This document shows positions 19,565 to 28,563 of a stretch of DNA of 64,000 bases, piece by piece (the first letter of the stretch is position 1; each line of letters starts with the position of its first letter). Below the pieces are notes generated by a model, which saw only the letters and a list, made by a program, of their open reading frames with translations, made no database searches and was not told where the DNA came from. The DNA comes from Candidatus Eiseniibacteriota bacterium (lineage in GTDB: Bacteria > Eisenbacteria > RBG-16-71-46 > CAIMUX01 > VGJL01). Where the stretch lies: NCBI GenBank assembly GCA_963792585.1, contig CAWBWI010000001.1, positions 736,001 through 800,000 of the forward strand, in the 5' to 3' direction. The translations under genes were made by a program, and so were the position numbers.

Positions 19565-20260
19565 ATGAAGAAATCGAACCGGAGCTGGATCCTGGTGTGT
19601 GCGGCACTCATCGCTTTCGCCGGAACCGCCGGTCCCGCGATAGCGTTTCCTCTGGTGATGGACTATACGGGATTCACGTGGAGCACCTACACCGGGGGCC
19701 AGTGGCATTTCGACGCCGTCGGGGTGTTGGACAACTTCTCCCCGGCCGTCGGAATTCCCGGGGAGACGTATACCTACTACCTCTCCAACCTGGCGCTCAA
19801 CTCGGACCAGGACTTGGGCTCCGGACTTCACCGTCGCATGTACGGGGGAGGCGAGTTCAGGATCTACGAATCGACGTCACCGGCGGACCGGCCCTACAAC
19901 TACGGCATCAATCCGCCCAACCCGACCGCTCCCGCGACCTTCACCGACGGAAACTACTGGCTTGGCGGAGAATTCTCGAGCTTCTCGCTGCTCATCGACA
20001 CGACGCGCGGCCTCGCCACCGCGACGGGACAGGGAAGCTACGTCGGGGGCAGCTACTATCAGAATCTCTCCGACACCGACCTGTTCACGTTTGCGGGGCT
20101 AACCAGGAACGATCAGGCCGGCATCCCGGTCGGCTACGAGTACGCCATCGACGGCCAGGTCAGCGCCGCTGTAACCCCCGTGCCCGAACCGTCCACGCTG
20201 GTCCTGCTCGGCACGGGTTTGCTCGGACTTTGCGCTCGCTTGCGTCCGTCCAAGAAATAG
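19565..20260 (+). CDS. PEP-CTERM sorting-domain protein
   Basis: Signal peptide; C-terminal VPEPSTLVLLGTGLLGLCARLRPSKK. Confidence 0.93.
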   Translation: MKKSNRSWILVCAALIAFAGTAGPAIAFPLVMDYTGFTWSTYTGGQWHFDAVGVLDNFSPAVGIPGETYTYYLSNLALNSDQDLGSGLHRRMYGGGEFRIYESTSPADRPYNYGINPPNPTAPATFTDGNYWLGGEFSSFSLLIDTTRGLATATGQGSYVGGSYYQNLSDTDLFTFAGLTRNDQAGIPVGYEYAIDGQVSAAVTPVPEPSTLVLLGTGLLGLCARLRPSKK

Positions 20261-20280
20261 CCTAAGAAGCAGATATCCAG

Positions 20281-20320
20281 GCGGGGAGACCTCCGAAGGG
20301 GCCTCCCCGCATTTCTTTGT
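20281..20320 (+). terminator. Intrinsic terminator after the PEP-CTERM gene
   Basis: GCGGGGAG...CTCCCCGC followed by ATTTCTTTGT. Confidence 0.75.
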
Positions 20321-20452
20321 TCCGGAAGAGCGCCTAATAGCTCGACCGGGCCCGCTCCAATGCCGATACTATCGAGGCTCCCGGTACGACCCGGGACGGA
20401 GATCCTCGGAGAGGGCTCCCGGGCGGTCACGGTCGGTCAGGGAGGATCTTGC

Positions 20453-23029
20453 GTGGGACCGCGTTTGAGACGGATTGCGTTGAATGCACTGGACGCGCTG
20501 CTCGTCAACGCCGCGATCCTGCTCGCCCTTCTGTTGCGTTTCGACGGCCATGTCCCCTCCGACTATCTGAGGGGCTATCTCGAGGTTTCCTACTTCGCAA
20601 CCATCGCGGCCCTGGTATTCCTGAACCTCTTCAAGGTTCACCGGACCCTCTGGAGATACGCCGGCGTGCCGACGGCGCTCGCCACGATCAACGCCCTCAC
20701 ACTCGCCTTCGCCGCGTTCTACGGCCTCAACCTCGCAATTCGCCCGCAGCCGCTGCCGCGCAGCGTGGTGATTCTCTCCTGGATCCTCTCGATCGGAGCC
20801 GTCCTTGGGATTCGCCTGTTGTGGAAGTCCCTGCGCCGCCCCGCGCGCCGGAACTCCCAAAGTGGACGGAGAATCCTCATCATCGGCGCGGGGGATGCCG
20901 GGGCGATGGTGGCGCGCGAGCTGGCGCGATCCCCGACCTACCCGGGACATCCCGTGGGCTTCGTCGACGACGATCCGAGGAAGCAGCGCTCCCGCATCGA
21001 GAGCCTGGAAGTCCTGGGCACGACATTCGATCTCCCCCGGTTGTTGTCGGAGAAGCAGATTGGAGAGGTGATCCTTTCGGCCCCGTCCGCGCCGACCCGC
21101 TTGATCCGCCAGGTCGTACGCGTGTGCCTCGATATGGGGGTGACCTGTCGAACCGTTCCTGCCCTCGCGGACTACATCGAGGGCAAGGGCGCCCTCGACC
21201 AGGTCCGCGAGGTGCAGATCGAGGACCTGCTCGGACGGGATCCGATCCAGCTCGACCTCCCGGGAATCCGGACCCGGGTGGCCGGCAAAACGGTGCTGGT
21301 CACCGGAGCGGGCGGCTCGATCGGTTCCGAGCTCTGCCGGCAACTCGCGCGCTTCTCCCCGGGCCGTCTGGTGTTGCTCGATCACAACGAGAACGGCTTG
21401 ACCTATCTGGGTCTCGAACTTCACGAGGCCTACCCGCGGCTCGACGTGCTGCTCGTGGTGGGGGACATCAAGGACGAGATCGGAATCCACGAGCTCTTCG
21501 CAGCGCAAAAGCCGCACCTCGTCTTTCATGCAGCGGCGCACAAGCATGTCAATCTGCTGGAGCGACGTCCCCGCGAGGCGATCCTCAACAACATCATGGG
21601 CACGCGCAACGTCGCGCGGGCCTGCGAGGCCGTCGAGGTCGAGACCCTGACGCTGATCTCGACCGACAAGGCAGTCAATCCTTCGAGCGTCATGGGCGCT
21701 TCAAAGCGCGTCTGCGAGATGATCGTCCAGGGAATGGCGGGGCGCGCGCACTCGACCATGGTGGCGGTCCGCTTCGGAAACGTGATCGGCTCGGAGGGCA
21801 GTGTCCTGCCAATCTTCCGACGCCAACTCGCGCGGGGCGGGCCTCTGACGGTCACCCATCCCGAGGCGAGAAGGTTCTTCATGACGATTCCCGAGGCGAG
21901 CCAGCTCGTCATTCAGGCGGCGTTGCTCGGGCAGTCGGGGGATGTCTTCCTGCTCGACATGGGAGAGCCCGTCCGGATCCTCGAGGTCGCCCGGCAACTG
22001 ATCCGCCTGAGCGGTCTCGAGCCCGATCGCGACGTGAGAATCGAGTTCATCGGGCTGCGACCGGGGGAGAAACTCGAGGAAGAGTTGCTCACGCAGATCG
22101 AGAGGACGCGGACGACCCGTCACTCGAAGATCTACAAGTGCGAGCTGGACGAGCTCGATCCGGTCTCCACCGAGCGTTCGATCGATGGATTGATCCATCT
22201 GGCCGCCCACGGCACGGCGGAAGAGATTCGCGCGGCCTTGCGCGGACTCGTGCGCGAATACAAGGAGGTAACGCCCGCTCCGCTTCCTGCAGGAAGCGCC
22301 ACGAGCGAGGAGAGCTTGCGTCCGACCGGACTCGCGCCCAGCATTCCCGAGCCGACGGGCAAACGGACGTTGGATGTCGTCGCGGCATCCGTGAGCCTTC
22401 TGCTCCTGGCGATTCCCGCCGGCCTTGCCTGGCTCCTGGTCCACGCCTCCGGTCCGGCCCAGGTCGTCTTCCAACCCGAGGAACGGATCGGGGCGAACCG
22501 CCGGCATGCGGATCGACGGAATCTCGGGGGCCGGGTCGGAATCGACCGACGGTACACGGAGCGGAGGAAACGCGGACTTCCGGGCAGGCCTTTCCTGACC
22601 TACCGGATCCGGCTCCAGGCCTCCGAACACGCCAGCCCGTTCCAGATTCGGCTCGCACGGTGGGTCGATGCTCTTCATCTCGATCGACTTCTCTACCTCT
22701 GGAGTGTCTTGCGCGGGGACATGAGCCTCGTCGGACCCTCGGCGCACCTCATCGACGGCGTGGCCTGGAAGCAGGATGCCATCAGCGCCTGGACGTTCGC
22801 GCGCCGGCCCGGCCTTACCGGCCCGTCCCAGATCCTGGGGGGCCAGGGAGAGGAAGTCATCCAGTATGATCGCTACTATGGTCGCCATGCGAATTGGCGG
22901 CTCGACATGGACGCGCTGCGCCAGGCCCTGCCTCGTCTCGTGCGCCGCCGTCCGAATGGTCCGGAACTGCACGAGCCTCCACTGGAGACTCGGACGGCAC
23001 AGGCCACGGGGGAAGGGGAGATCGGCTGA
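20453..23029 (+). CDS. CapD/PglF-like nucleotide-sugar 4,6-dehydratase fused to a degenerate phosphoglycosyl-transferase domain
   Basis: 4 TM, GAGDAG, EDLLGR, TGAGGSIGSEL, HAAAHKHV, STDKAVNP, RFGNV; C-terminal KRTLD...LWSVLRGDMSLVGP...RPGLTG. Confidence 0.9.
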   Translation: MGPRLRRIALNALDALLVNAAILLALLLRFDGHVPSDYLRGYLEVSYFATIAALVFLNLFKVHRTLWRYAGVPTALATINALTLAFAAFYGLNLAIRPQPLPRSVVILSWILSIGAVLGIRLLWKSLRRPARRNSQSGRRILIIGAGDAGAMVARELARSPTYPGHPVGFVDDDPRKQRSRIESLEVLGTTFDLPRLLSEKQIGEVILSAPSAPTRLIRQVVRVCLDMGVTCRTVPALADYIEGKGALDQVREVQIEDLLGRDPIQLDLPGIRTRVAGKTVLVTGAGGSIGSELCRQLARFSPGRLVLLDHNENGLTYLGLELHEAYPRLDVLLVVGDIKDEIGIHELFAAQKPHLVFHAAAHKHVNLLERRPREAILNNIMGTRNVARACEAVEVETLTLISTDKAVNPSSVMGASKRVCEMIVQGMAGRAHSTMVAVRFGNVIGSEGSVLPIFRRQLARGGPLTVTHPEARRFFMTIPEASQLVIQAALLGQSGDVFLLDMGEPVRILEVARQLIRLSGLEPDRDVRIEFIGLRPGEKLEEELLTQIERTRTTRHSKIYKCELDELDPVSTERSIDGLIHLAAHGTAEEIRAALRGLVREYKEVTPAPLPAGSATSEESLRPTGLAPSIPEPTGKRTLDVVAASVSLLLLAIPAGLAWLLVHASGPAQVVFQPEERIGANRRHADRRNLGGRVGIDRRYTERRKRGLPGRPFLTYRIRLQASEHASPFQIRLARWVDALHLDRLLYLWSVLRGDMSLVGPSAHLIDGVAWKQDAISAWTFARRPGLTGPSQILGGQGEEVIQYDRYYGRHANWRLDMDALRQALPRLVRRRPNGPELHEPPLETRTAQATGEGEIG

Positions 23030-23982
23030 TGTCTCTGAGAATCATCATGGCCTTCGTTTGTCTCGCCGCCTTGGCGGCGCCCGGCGCCGTTCACGCGGAT
23101 GGGGAATACCTGATCGGCGCCGGTGACGGGCTGAGCATCTCGGTCTGGGAACGGCCGGAATTGACGCGGAACGTGATCGTGCGGCAAAGCGGCGTGATCA
23201 CATACCCGCCGCTTGGCGACGTCACGGCATCCGGGATCACGAGCGCGGATTTGGCGAGAGACCTCGAGCGCAGGCTGAACGATTTCCTCAGACGTCCGAC
23301 GCAGGTGACAGTCGAGGTGGTCGCATTCAATAGCCAGTACGTGACCGTCGTCGGCGCCGTTGGGGCGCCGGGCCGATACAGCTTCGAGCGCCTTCCTGGT
23401 GTGCTCGAGGTCCTTGGCAGTGCGGGGGGCGGGGCTTTGGGCGCGGACATCAGCGGAGTTCAGATCTACAGGACCGAGGGCGGACGGCAGGTTGCGGTCC
23501 CGGTCGACCTCGCGGCGGCCATGCGCGACGGCAATCTGGCCGCGGTGCCGGCCCTGAAAGCAGGCGACGTCGTCTACGTGCCCGGGAGTGCGGCCGAGAT
23601 GGCCGGCGGGGCGAATGTTGCCTATGTGGTAGGAGACGTCGCCCGGCCGGGGGCTTACTCTGTCGGGAACGGCATGGACCTGATGAAGCTCGTCAGCCTC
23701 GCCGGCGGGACATTGCCGAACGCAGATCTGGCCGCGGTCGAGGTCGTCGCGCGTTCCGGTGAGGGAACGGGAGCCTTCATCGCGACCGTTGACCTGAAGC
23801 ACTACTTCGACGGTGGGCAGGCCGAGTTCTTGGTCCGCCCTGGAGACCTGGTCCGGGTGCCGGCTCGCGGACGAAGCATCGCCGGGGAGATCTTCTCGAC
23901 CACCAGCGGGTTGGCGGCGCTCTCGCAGTCGCTCCTGAACAGCCTGCTGATCACCGGCGCCATCCGGATCAACAACAGGTAG
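23029..23982 (+). CDS. wza: Polysaccharide export protein (Wza-like, SLBB domains)
   Basis: YLIGAGDGLSISVW, GVITYPPLGDVTASG, VVGAVGAPGRY, LKAGDVVYVP. Confidence 0.88.
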   Translation: MSLRIIMAFVCLAALAAPGAVHADGEYLIGAGDGLSISVWERPELTRNVIVRQSGVITYPPLGDVTASGITSADLARDLERRLNDFLRRPTQVTVEVVAFNSQYVTVVGAVGAPGRYSFERLPGVLEVLGSAGGGALGADISGVQIYRTEGGRQVAVPVDLAAAMRDGNLAAVPALKAGDVVYVPGSAAEMAGGANVAYVVGDVARPGAYSVGNGMDLMKLVSLAGGTLPNADLAAVEVVARSGEGTGAFIATVDLKHYFDGGQAEFLVRPGDLVRVPARGRSIAGEIFSTTSGLAALSQSLLNSLLITGAIRINNR

Positions 23983-23999
23983 GAAGATAGGAAAATCCG

Positions 24000-26222
24000 A
24001 TGCCGATGCAGACTCCGACTTCATTCACGGAGGGACGGGACCTTCGAAGCGTGGCCGCGATGGTGTGGCGCCGAAAGTGGATCGTGGCGATCCCGACCAT
24101 CGCCGGACTTCTTACGGGTGTCGTTGTAGGGCTGCCCAAGATCCTGAAGCCGGTCTATCGCGCCCAGGCAGCCCTCCTGGTGGAATACCCGCAGCCGGTC
24201 AGCAGGAACCTCCAAGAAGTGATTCCCACTGCGGGTCTAACCGATCAGAAGGCGCGCCTCCAGTCGTTGATGCAGAGCAACGAGTTCCTCTTGAAGGTCG
24301 CTGAAGCCAGCGGCCTGCGCGGCGATCCCGGACTCCACAAGTGGGTCGCGAAGAGTCGCCGCCAGTATCGCGACATGTCCGACCAGGAACTCGAGGACCT
24401 GCAACTCACGAAGTGGCTTCGGACGCGCATGCTCGTGATGCCGGGTCGATCGGACAACACGATTCTGGTGAGGTACGACGACTACTACCCCGCGCAAGCG
24501 CAATTGGTCGTCCAGAACCTGACGAATGCGATCATCAAGGCGAACACCAGCGCCCAGCTCGACCGCGTTCGGGCCCTCTACGATTTCAGCGTGGATCAGC
24601 TCGCCGTCTATAAGCAGCGCCTGTCCGATGCGGAGAAGAAGCTCGAGGACTTTCAGCGGGGTGTAAGCGTCGACCGTAGTCGCACGAGCCTGATCGGACC
24701 GGCAAACGAGGCGGAGGCCCGTCGCCAGCGGGCTCAAGCGAACGACGAGCTGGCCCGCACGAGATCCCAACGCGACGCCCTGCGGTCGGCCGTGCAGACC
24801 CGCTCGCCGGAGGCGGCTGCGGAGCTTCGCGCCGGGGCGGGCGCCGGCTGGGCCGCGGCGACGCAGGAGATCCGCGACCTGGAGAGGCAGTACGCCGACG
24901 AGACGGTCGCACCGACCCCCGGACAGGGGAGCGAGTCCATCGCTCTTCAGATCGCGCGCAAGTTCCAGGAGATGGAAGGGATTGCCCGGCAGGTTGTCGC
25001 CCAACCCGGCCGCAACATTCCGGAAGCTCTGCGCGGCCAGGCCGTCGACCTCCTGCTCGCGGAGGCGAGAACGACGGGCATCGAATCGCGCATCGACGGC
25101 TATGACCGGCAGCTGGGCGACTACCAATCCCAGATCGCGGGGACGCCCCGCGAGGAGACGACCCTGAAGCGACTGGCGCAGGACGTGGAGACGAATCGAA
25201 CCCTCTACAACGCGTTCGTGCAACAGATCGCCGCAACACAGATCAGCCAGGCGTTCGAGGCGAACCAAGCGGGGATCCGGCTCACGATCCTGGAGCCGGC
25301 GTCGCGCCCGCTGGCCCCGATCAAGCCCAACCGTGTCGCGGTCGCCGTCCTGGGACTCGTCGTCGGCATGCTGCTCGGCATCGGCGGGTTGGTTCTGATC
25401 GAGCGCCACGACCAGACGTACCGGGATGCGCGCGAAGCGGAGCGATCTCTGGGGTTGCGCGTGTTGGGAACACTGCCGCAGCTCGAGACCGGACGGCGGC
25501 ACAAAGGAGACCGGCTCATCTGGACTCCGAAGCGGCTCGAGGCGTTCCTTCAGGATTCCCCCGCCTTCCAGGAGATGCGCCGGGTGGCGCTCCAGTTGCG
25601 CAACGACGAGGAGTCGCCCGTGCGGAGCCTGCTCGTGACGAGCGCCCGCGGCGGGGAGGGAAAGACGACGGCGTGCATCATGCTGGGCGCGGCCGTTGCC
25701 GCCGAGGAAGCGAAGGTACCGGTGTTGCTTGTCGACCTCGACTTCCGTCGGGCTTCGCTCGGGCGCTCGTTCGGCGTCGACAAGGAAGAGGGAGGACTCG
25801 TCAAGATTCTCGAGTCCCGCCGGTTCGACGAAGGGTGGCCGCAGAAGACGGGCGTCCCAAACCTCCACGTCCTGCCGCTCGGATGCCCTCCGATGCCTCG
25901 CAACGACCTGCTGACATTCGAGAACCTGTCGTGGCTCCTGCCGGAACTCACGCGGCGGTATGGGTTCGTCATCATCGATTCTCCACCGAACCTGCCGGTG
26001 CCCGATCCGCTCATCATCGGCCAGCTGGTCGACGCCGTGATTCTCGTGCTCAAGGCGGGAGGGACCCCCAGGCACATGGTCGAACGCGGGGTGGAGTTGC
26101 AGAAGCAGTTCACCGGAAACCTTCGTGGCCTCTTGATGAACAACGTCGATGAGACCATGCCGTACTACTACGACTACCGGCATTACGGGTACGCGAAGCA
26201 ACCCCGGTCGGAACAGGGCTAA
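24000..26222 (+). CDS. wzc: Polysaccharide chain-length determinant / tyrosine autokinase (Wzc)
   Basis: WRRKW TM, periplasmic coiled coil, PIKPN TM, Walker A SARGGEGKTT, VDLDFRR, IIDSPP, C-terminal YYYDYRHYGY cluster. Confidence 0.92.
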   Translation: MPMQTPTSFTEGRDLRSVAAMVWRRKWIVAIPTIAGLLTGVVVGLPKILKPVYRAQAALLVEYPQPVSRNLQEVIPTAGLTDQKARLQSLMQSNEFLLKVAEASGLRGDPGLHKWVAKSRRQYRDMSDQELEDLQLTKWLRTRMLVMPGRSDNTILVRYDDYYPAQAQLVVQNLTNAIIKANTSAQLDRVRALYDFSVDQLAVYKQRLSDAEKKLEDFQRGVSVDRSRTSLIGPANEAEARRQRAQANDELARTRSQRDALRSAVQTRSPEAAAELRAGAGAGWAAATQEIRDLERQYADETVAPTPGQGSESIALQIARKFQEMEGIARQVVAQPGRNIPEALRGQAVDLLLAEARTTGIESRIDGYDRQLGDYQSQIAGTPREETTLKRLAQDVETNRTLYNAFVQQIAATQISQAFEANQAGIRLTILEPASRPLAPIKPNRVAVAVLGLVVGMLLGIGGLVLIERHDQTYRDAREAERSLGLRVLGTLPQLETGRRHKGDRLIWTPKRLEAFLQDSPAFQEMRRVALQLRNDEESPVRSLLVTSARGGEGKTTACIMLGAAVAAEEAKVPVLLVDLDFRRASLGRSFGVDKEEGGLVKILESRRFDEGWPQKTGVPNLHVLPLGCPPMPRNDLLTFENLSWLLPELTRRYGFVIIDSPPNLPVPDPLIIGQLVDAVILVLKAGGTPRHMVERGVELQKQFTGNLRGLLMNNVDETMPYYYDYRHYGYAKQPRSEQG

Positions 26223-26242
26223 CGGATGAAACGGCGGATCCG

Positions 26243-27094
26243 ATGAGCGTCGCGGGGGTGCGCGGCGCGAATGACGTCGGAGGGCGGAATCTCCGCCTGG
26301 TGGGCTGGGCCATAGCCATTCTGGGACTCGCCCTGGCCTACAGCGGTACTGCCAAGATCCTGTTCCAGGTCTGGCGCCAAAATCAGAACTACTCGCACGG
26401 ATTCCTCATTCCTCCCGTGGCAGCTTGGTTGATTTGGAGGGAGCGGGCATATCTGCGCACCGCTGAGGGAGGCGGCTCGTGGCTGGGCATCCTCCTGCTG
26501 TTCCCCGCCCTGCTCCTGCAACTCGCCGGTTTGCGGGGCGACGTCGCGACCCTTCAGGGGATGTCGCTCATCCTGGCCGTCGCGGGTATCGTCCTGCAGT
26601 TGCGCGGACCGCGCGTCATGGCTCGAATCGCTTTTCCGATCGCCTTTCTCGTATTCATGATCCCAACCCTCCCGCTCTTCATGAACACGCTGAGCTTCAA
26701 GCTCAAGCTCCTCGCGGCTCGAGGAGCGATTTCGATCAGCCACGCGCTGGGGATCATGGTCCAGCGGGACGGGGTCAACCTGGTCTTCCCGGGCGGCGTG
26801 CTGAGCGTGGAGAACGCCTGCTCCGGCCTCCGATCGCTCGTCGCCTTGATGGCGCTCGGCGCGCTCTTTGCGTACTTGGCGCAGGGGCCGCTCTGGAAGC
26901 GGATTCTCCTCTTCGCGCTGGCCCTTCCGATCGCCGTGCTGGCGAATGTCATCCGCATCTCTGCGCTTTGCGTCTACGCGGGCATGGGAGACGTTCATGG
27001 GGCAGCGGGGCTGTTCCACGAGGTCGGGGGCTTCGCCCTCTTCGGAATCGCCTTCCTGTTGCTGCTCCTCTGCCGAAGGGTGCTCCGGTGCTAG
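26243..27094 (+). CDS. Exosortase (EpsH/XrtA family)
   Basis: YSHGFLIP, catalytic VENACSGLRS, ANVIRI and distal His. Confidence 0.95.
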   Translation: MSVAGVRGANDVGGRNLRLVGWAIAILGLALAYSGTAKILFQVWRQNQNYSHGFLIPPVAAWLIWRERAYLRTAEGGGSWLGILLLFPALLLQLAGLRGDVATLQGMSLILAVAGIVLQLRGPRVMARIAFPIAFLVFMIPTLPLFMNTLSFKLKLLAARGAISISHALGIMVQRDGVNLVFPGGVLSVENACSGLRSLVALMALGALFAYLAQGPLWKRILLFALALPIAVLANVIRISALCVYAGMGDVHGAAGLFHEVGGFALFGIAFLLLLLCRRVLRC

Positions 27095-27714
27095 CCCGCG
27101 CGGCCCGCATTCTCGCCCCCGGTCTCCTGCTCTGCCTCCTCGGGGCCTATCGCGTGGCGTTTCCTCCCACACCAGGCGCGGAGAGCCACCTGAGAGAGTT
27201 GCCGATGGTCCTGCTCGGCCTTCCCGGAACCGACGTACCCGCAGACCGGGCGATTCTGGACGACCTCGAGTCGAGCGACATGTTGATTCGGGATTACCGA
27301 CGGCCGGACGGCAATCCCGTCTGGGTCGTCCTGATCTACTTCGTGAATACACGCCTCGGGGGTCACGACCCGCAGCTCTGCTACCGGAGTCAGGGATTTC
27401 ACACGTCGGACTTGCCCGACCTGCGAGTCCCGGGTGGAATGTCGGGTCTGGTGGCGGAGAGCTTCCTGGCGAGTAAGGCCGGGCGTGCAGAGCGTGTGGC
27501 AACCTTCTGGTATGCCCCCGGCGGTAGGATCCTGCCGGACGTCGAGCAGTATCGTGGGCGGCTCTTTCTGCAGGGCCTTCGAGAGAATCGTACCTACGGC
27601 GTCTTCGTCCGGATCTCGACGATTGAGACTCCGCGGGCGGGTGAGGCCGAAGAGTGGAACGCCCGGTTCGCCGCGGAGCTTGCGCGGCGGCTCCCGGGCT
27701 TGATCCGGGAATAG
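27088..27714 (+). CDS. epsI: EpsI-family exosortase-associated protein
   Basis: LIRDYRRPDGNPVWV, HDPQLCYRSQG, TFWY, GVFVRIS; directly follows exosortase. Confidence 0.88.
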   Translation: MLARAARILAPGLLLCLLGAYRVAFPPTPGAESHLRELPMVLLGLPGTDVPADRAILDDLESSDMLIRDYRRPDGNPVWVVLIYFVNTRLGGHDPQLCYRSQGFHTSDLPDLRVPGGMSGLVAESFLASKAGRAERVATFWYAPGGRILPDVEQYRGRLFLQGLRENRTYGVFVRISTIETPRAGEAEEWNARFAAELARRLPGLIRE

Positions 27715-27726
27715 GGAGGTCCATGG

Positions 27727-28563
27727 ATGGGCCAGATCAGTCTTCTTCTCTGGTCGTGGATCGAGACGACACGCAGCTTCACGCGAGGACGCTTGTGGAT
27801 GCCGATACTCGCGTTCAGCATCGCGCAGTGGATCGGTCTGCTTGCCATCACGCAGTTCCACCGGCCCCTGCTCGCGCCGGTGCTCGTACCGCTCTTCCGG
27901 ATGATCTTCGGGGACGCGATCCTGCACTACCCGAACTTCTATCTAGGTCTGTATGACATCTACGGCACCGTAAGCATCGTTCTCGACCTCCTGCTCTGGT
28001 CCTGGCTGCAGGGCGCCGCGTTTCTCGCCGTATGGCAGGCCGACCGACCCGCAGAGCCCGGCCGCGGGGCATTCGGTCGGTCCAAGGCCGCCTACGGGAA
28101 GCTATTCCTGGTGCGCCTCTGTCTGGACGGCCTCCTGATCATCCTGCTCGTCTTTGGAAGGCGTCTCATCGTGGGTGCGGGACCTGAAGTATCGGGCGGT
28201 AGCTTGCGGATGTTCCGCTACGGCTCGATCTTGATCGGCTCGCTCCTCGAATCGCTACTGGTCTACGCGCCCCTGGCGATTCTGATCGAGAACCGCGGGG
28301 TGTTCTCCGGAATCCGTCGCAGCCTCCGTCTTGGATGGAAGGCGCCGATCGCGACGTTCATGGTCGTCCTTGCCCCGAACCTTCTGCAGGTCCCCGCGGG
28401 AGCCGTCTTTCGCAGGAGCGATTCGATCATCGTGAACATGGCTCCCGAGGTCGTCGGCTGGCTGATGGCCCTCTGGATCGCTGTTTACGGCGTCTCGCTC
28501 TTCTATCTGGTGGGCGCGGCCACCCGACTCTTCCGGGTGCGAACGGAGGCCGCCGATGTCTAG
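27727..28563 (+). CDS. Multi-pass membrane hypothetical protein
   Basis: About 6 hydrophobic segments; AILIENRGVFSGIRRS.RL motif; RBS GGAGG. Confidence 0.75.
   Translation: MGQISLLLWSWIETTRSFTRGRLWMPILAFSIAQWIGLLAITQFHRPLLAPVLVPLFRMIFGDAILHYPNFYLGLYDIYGTVSIVLDLLLWSWLQGAAFLAVWQADRPAEPGRGAFGRSKAAYGKLFLVRLCLDGLLIILLVFGRRLIVGAGPEVSGGSLRMFRYGSILIGSLLESLLVYAPLAILIENRGVFSGIRRSLRLGWKAPIATFMVVLAPNLLQVPAGAVFRRSDSIIVNMAPEVVGWLMALWIAVYGVSLFYLVGAATRLFRVRTEAADV

Noticed and set aside
20449..26201. Long alternative-frame and antisense ORFs (e.g. 20449-22869, 24237-26201; likewise 54439-57297)
   Set aside because: Shadow ORFs expected at high GC; Arg/Pro/Gly-rich, no motifs, overlapping well-supported genes
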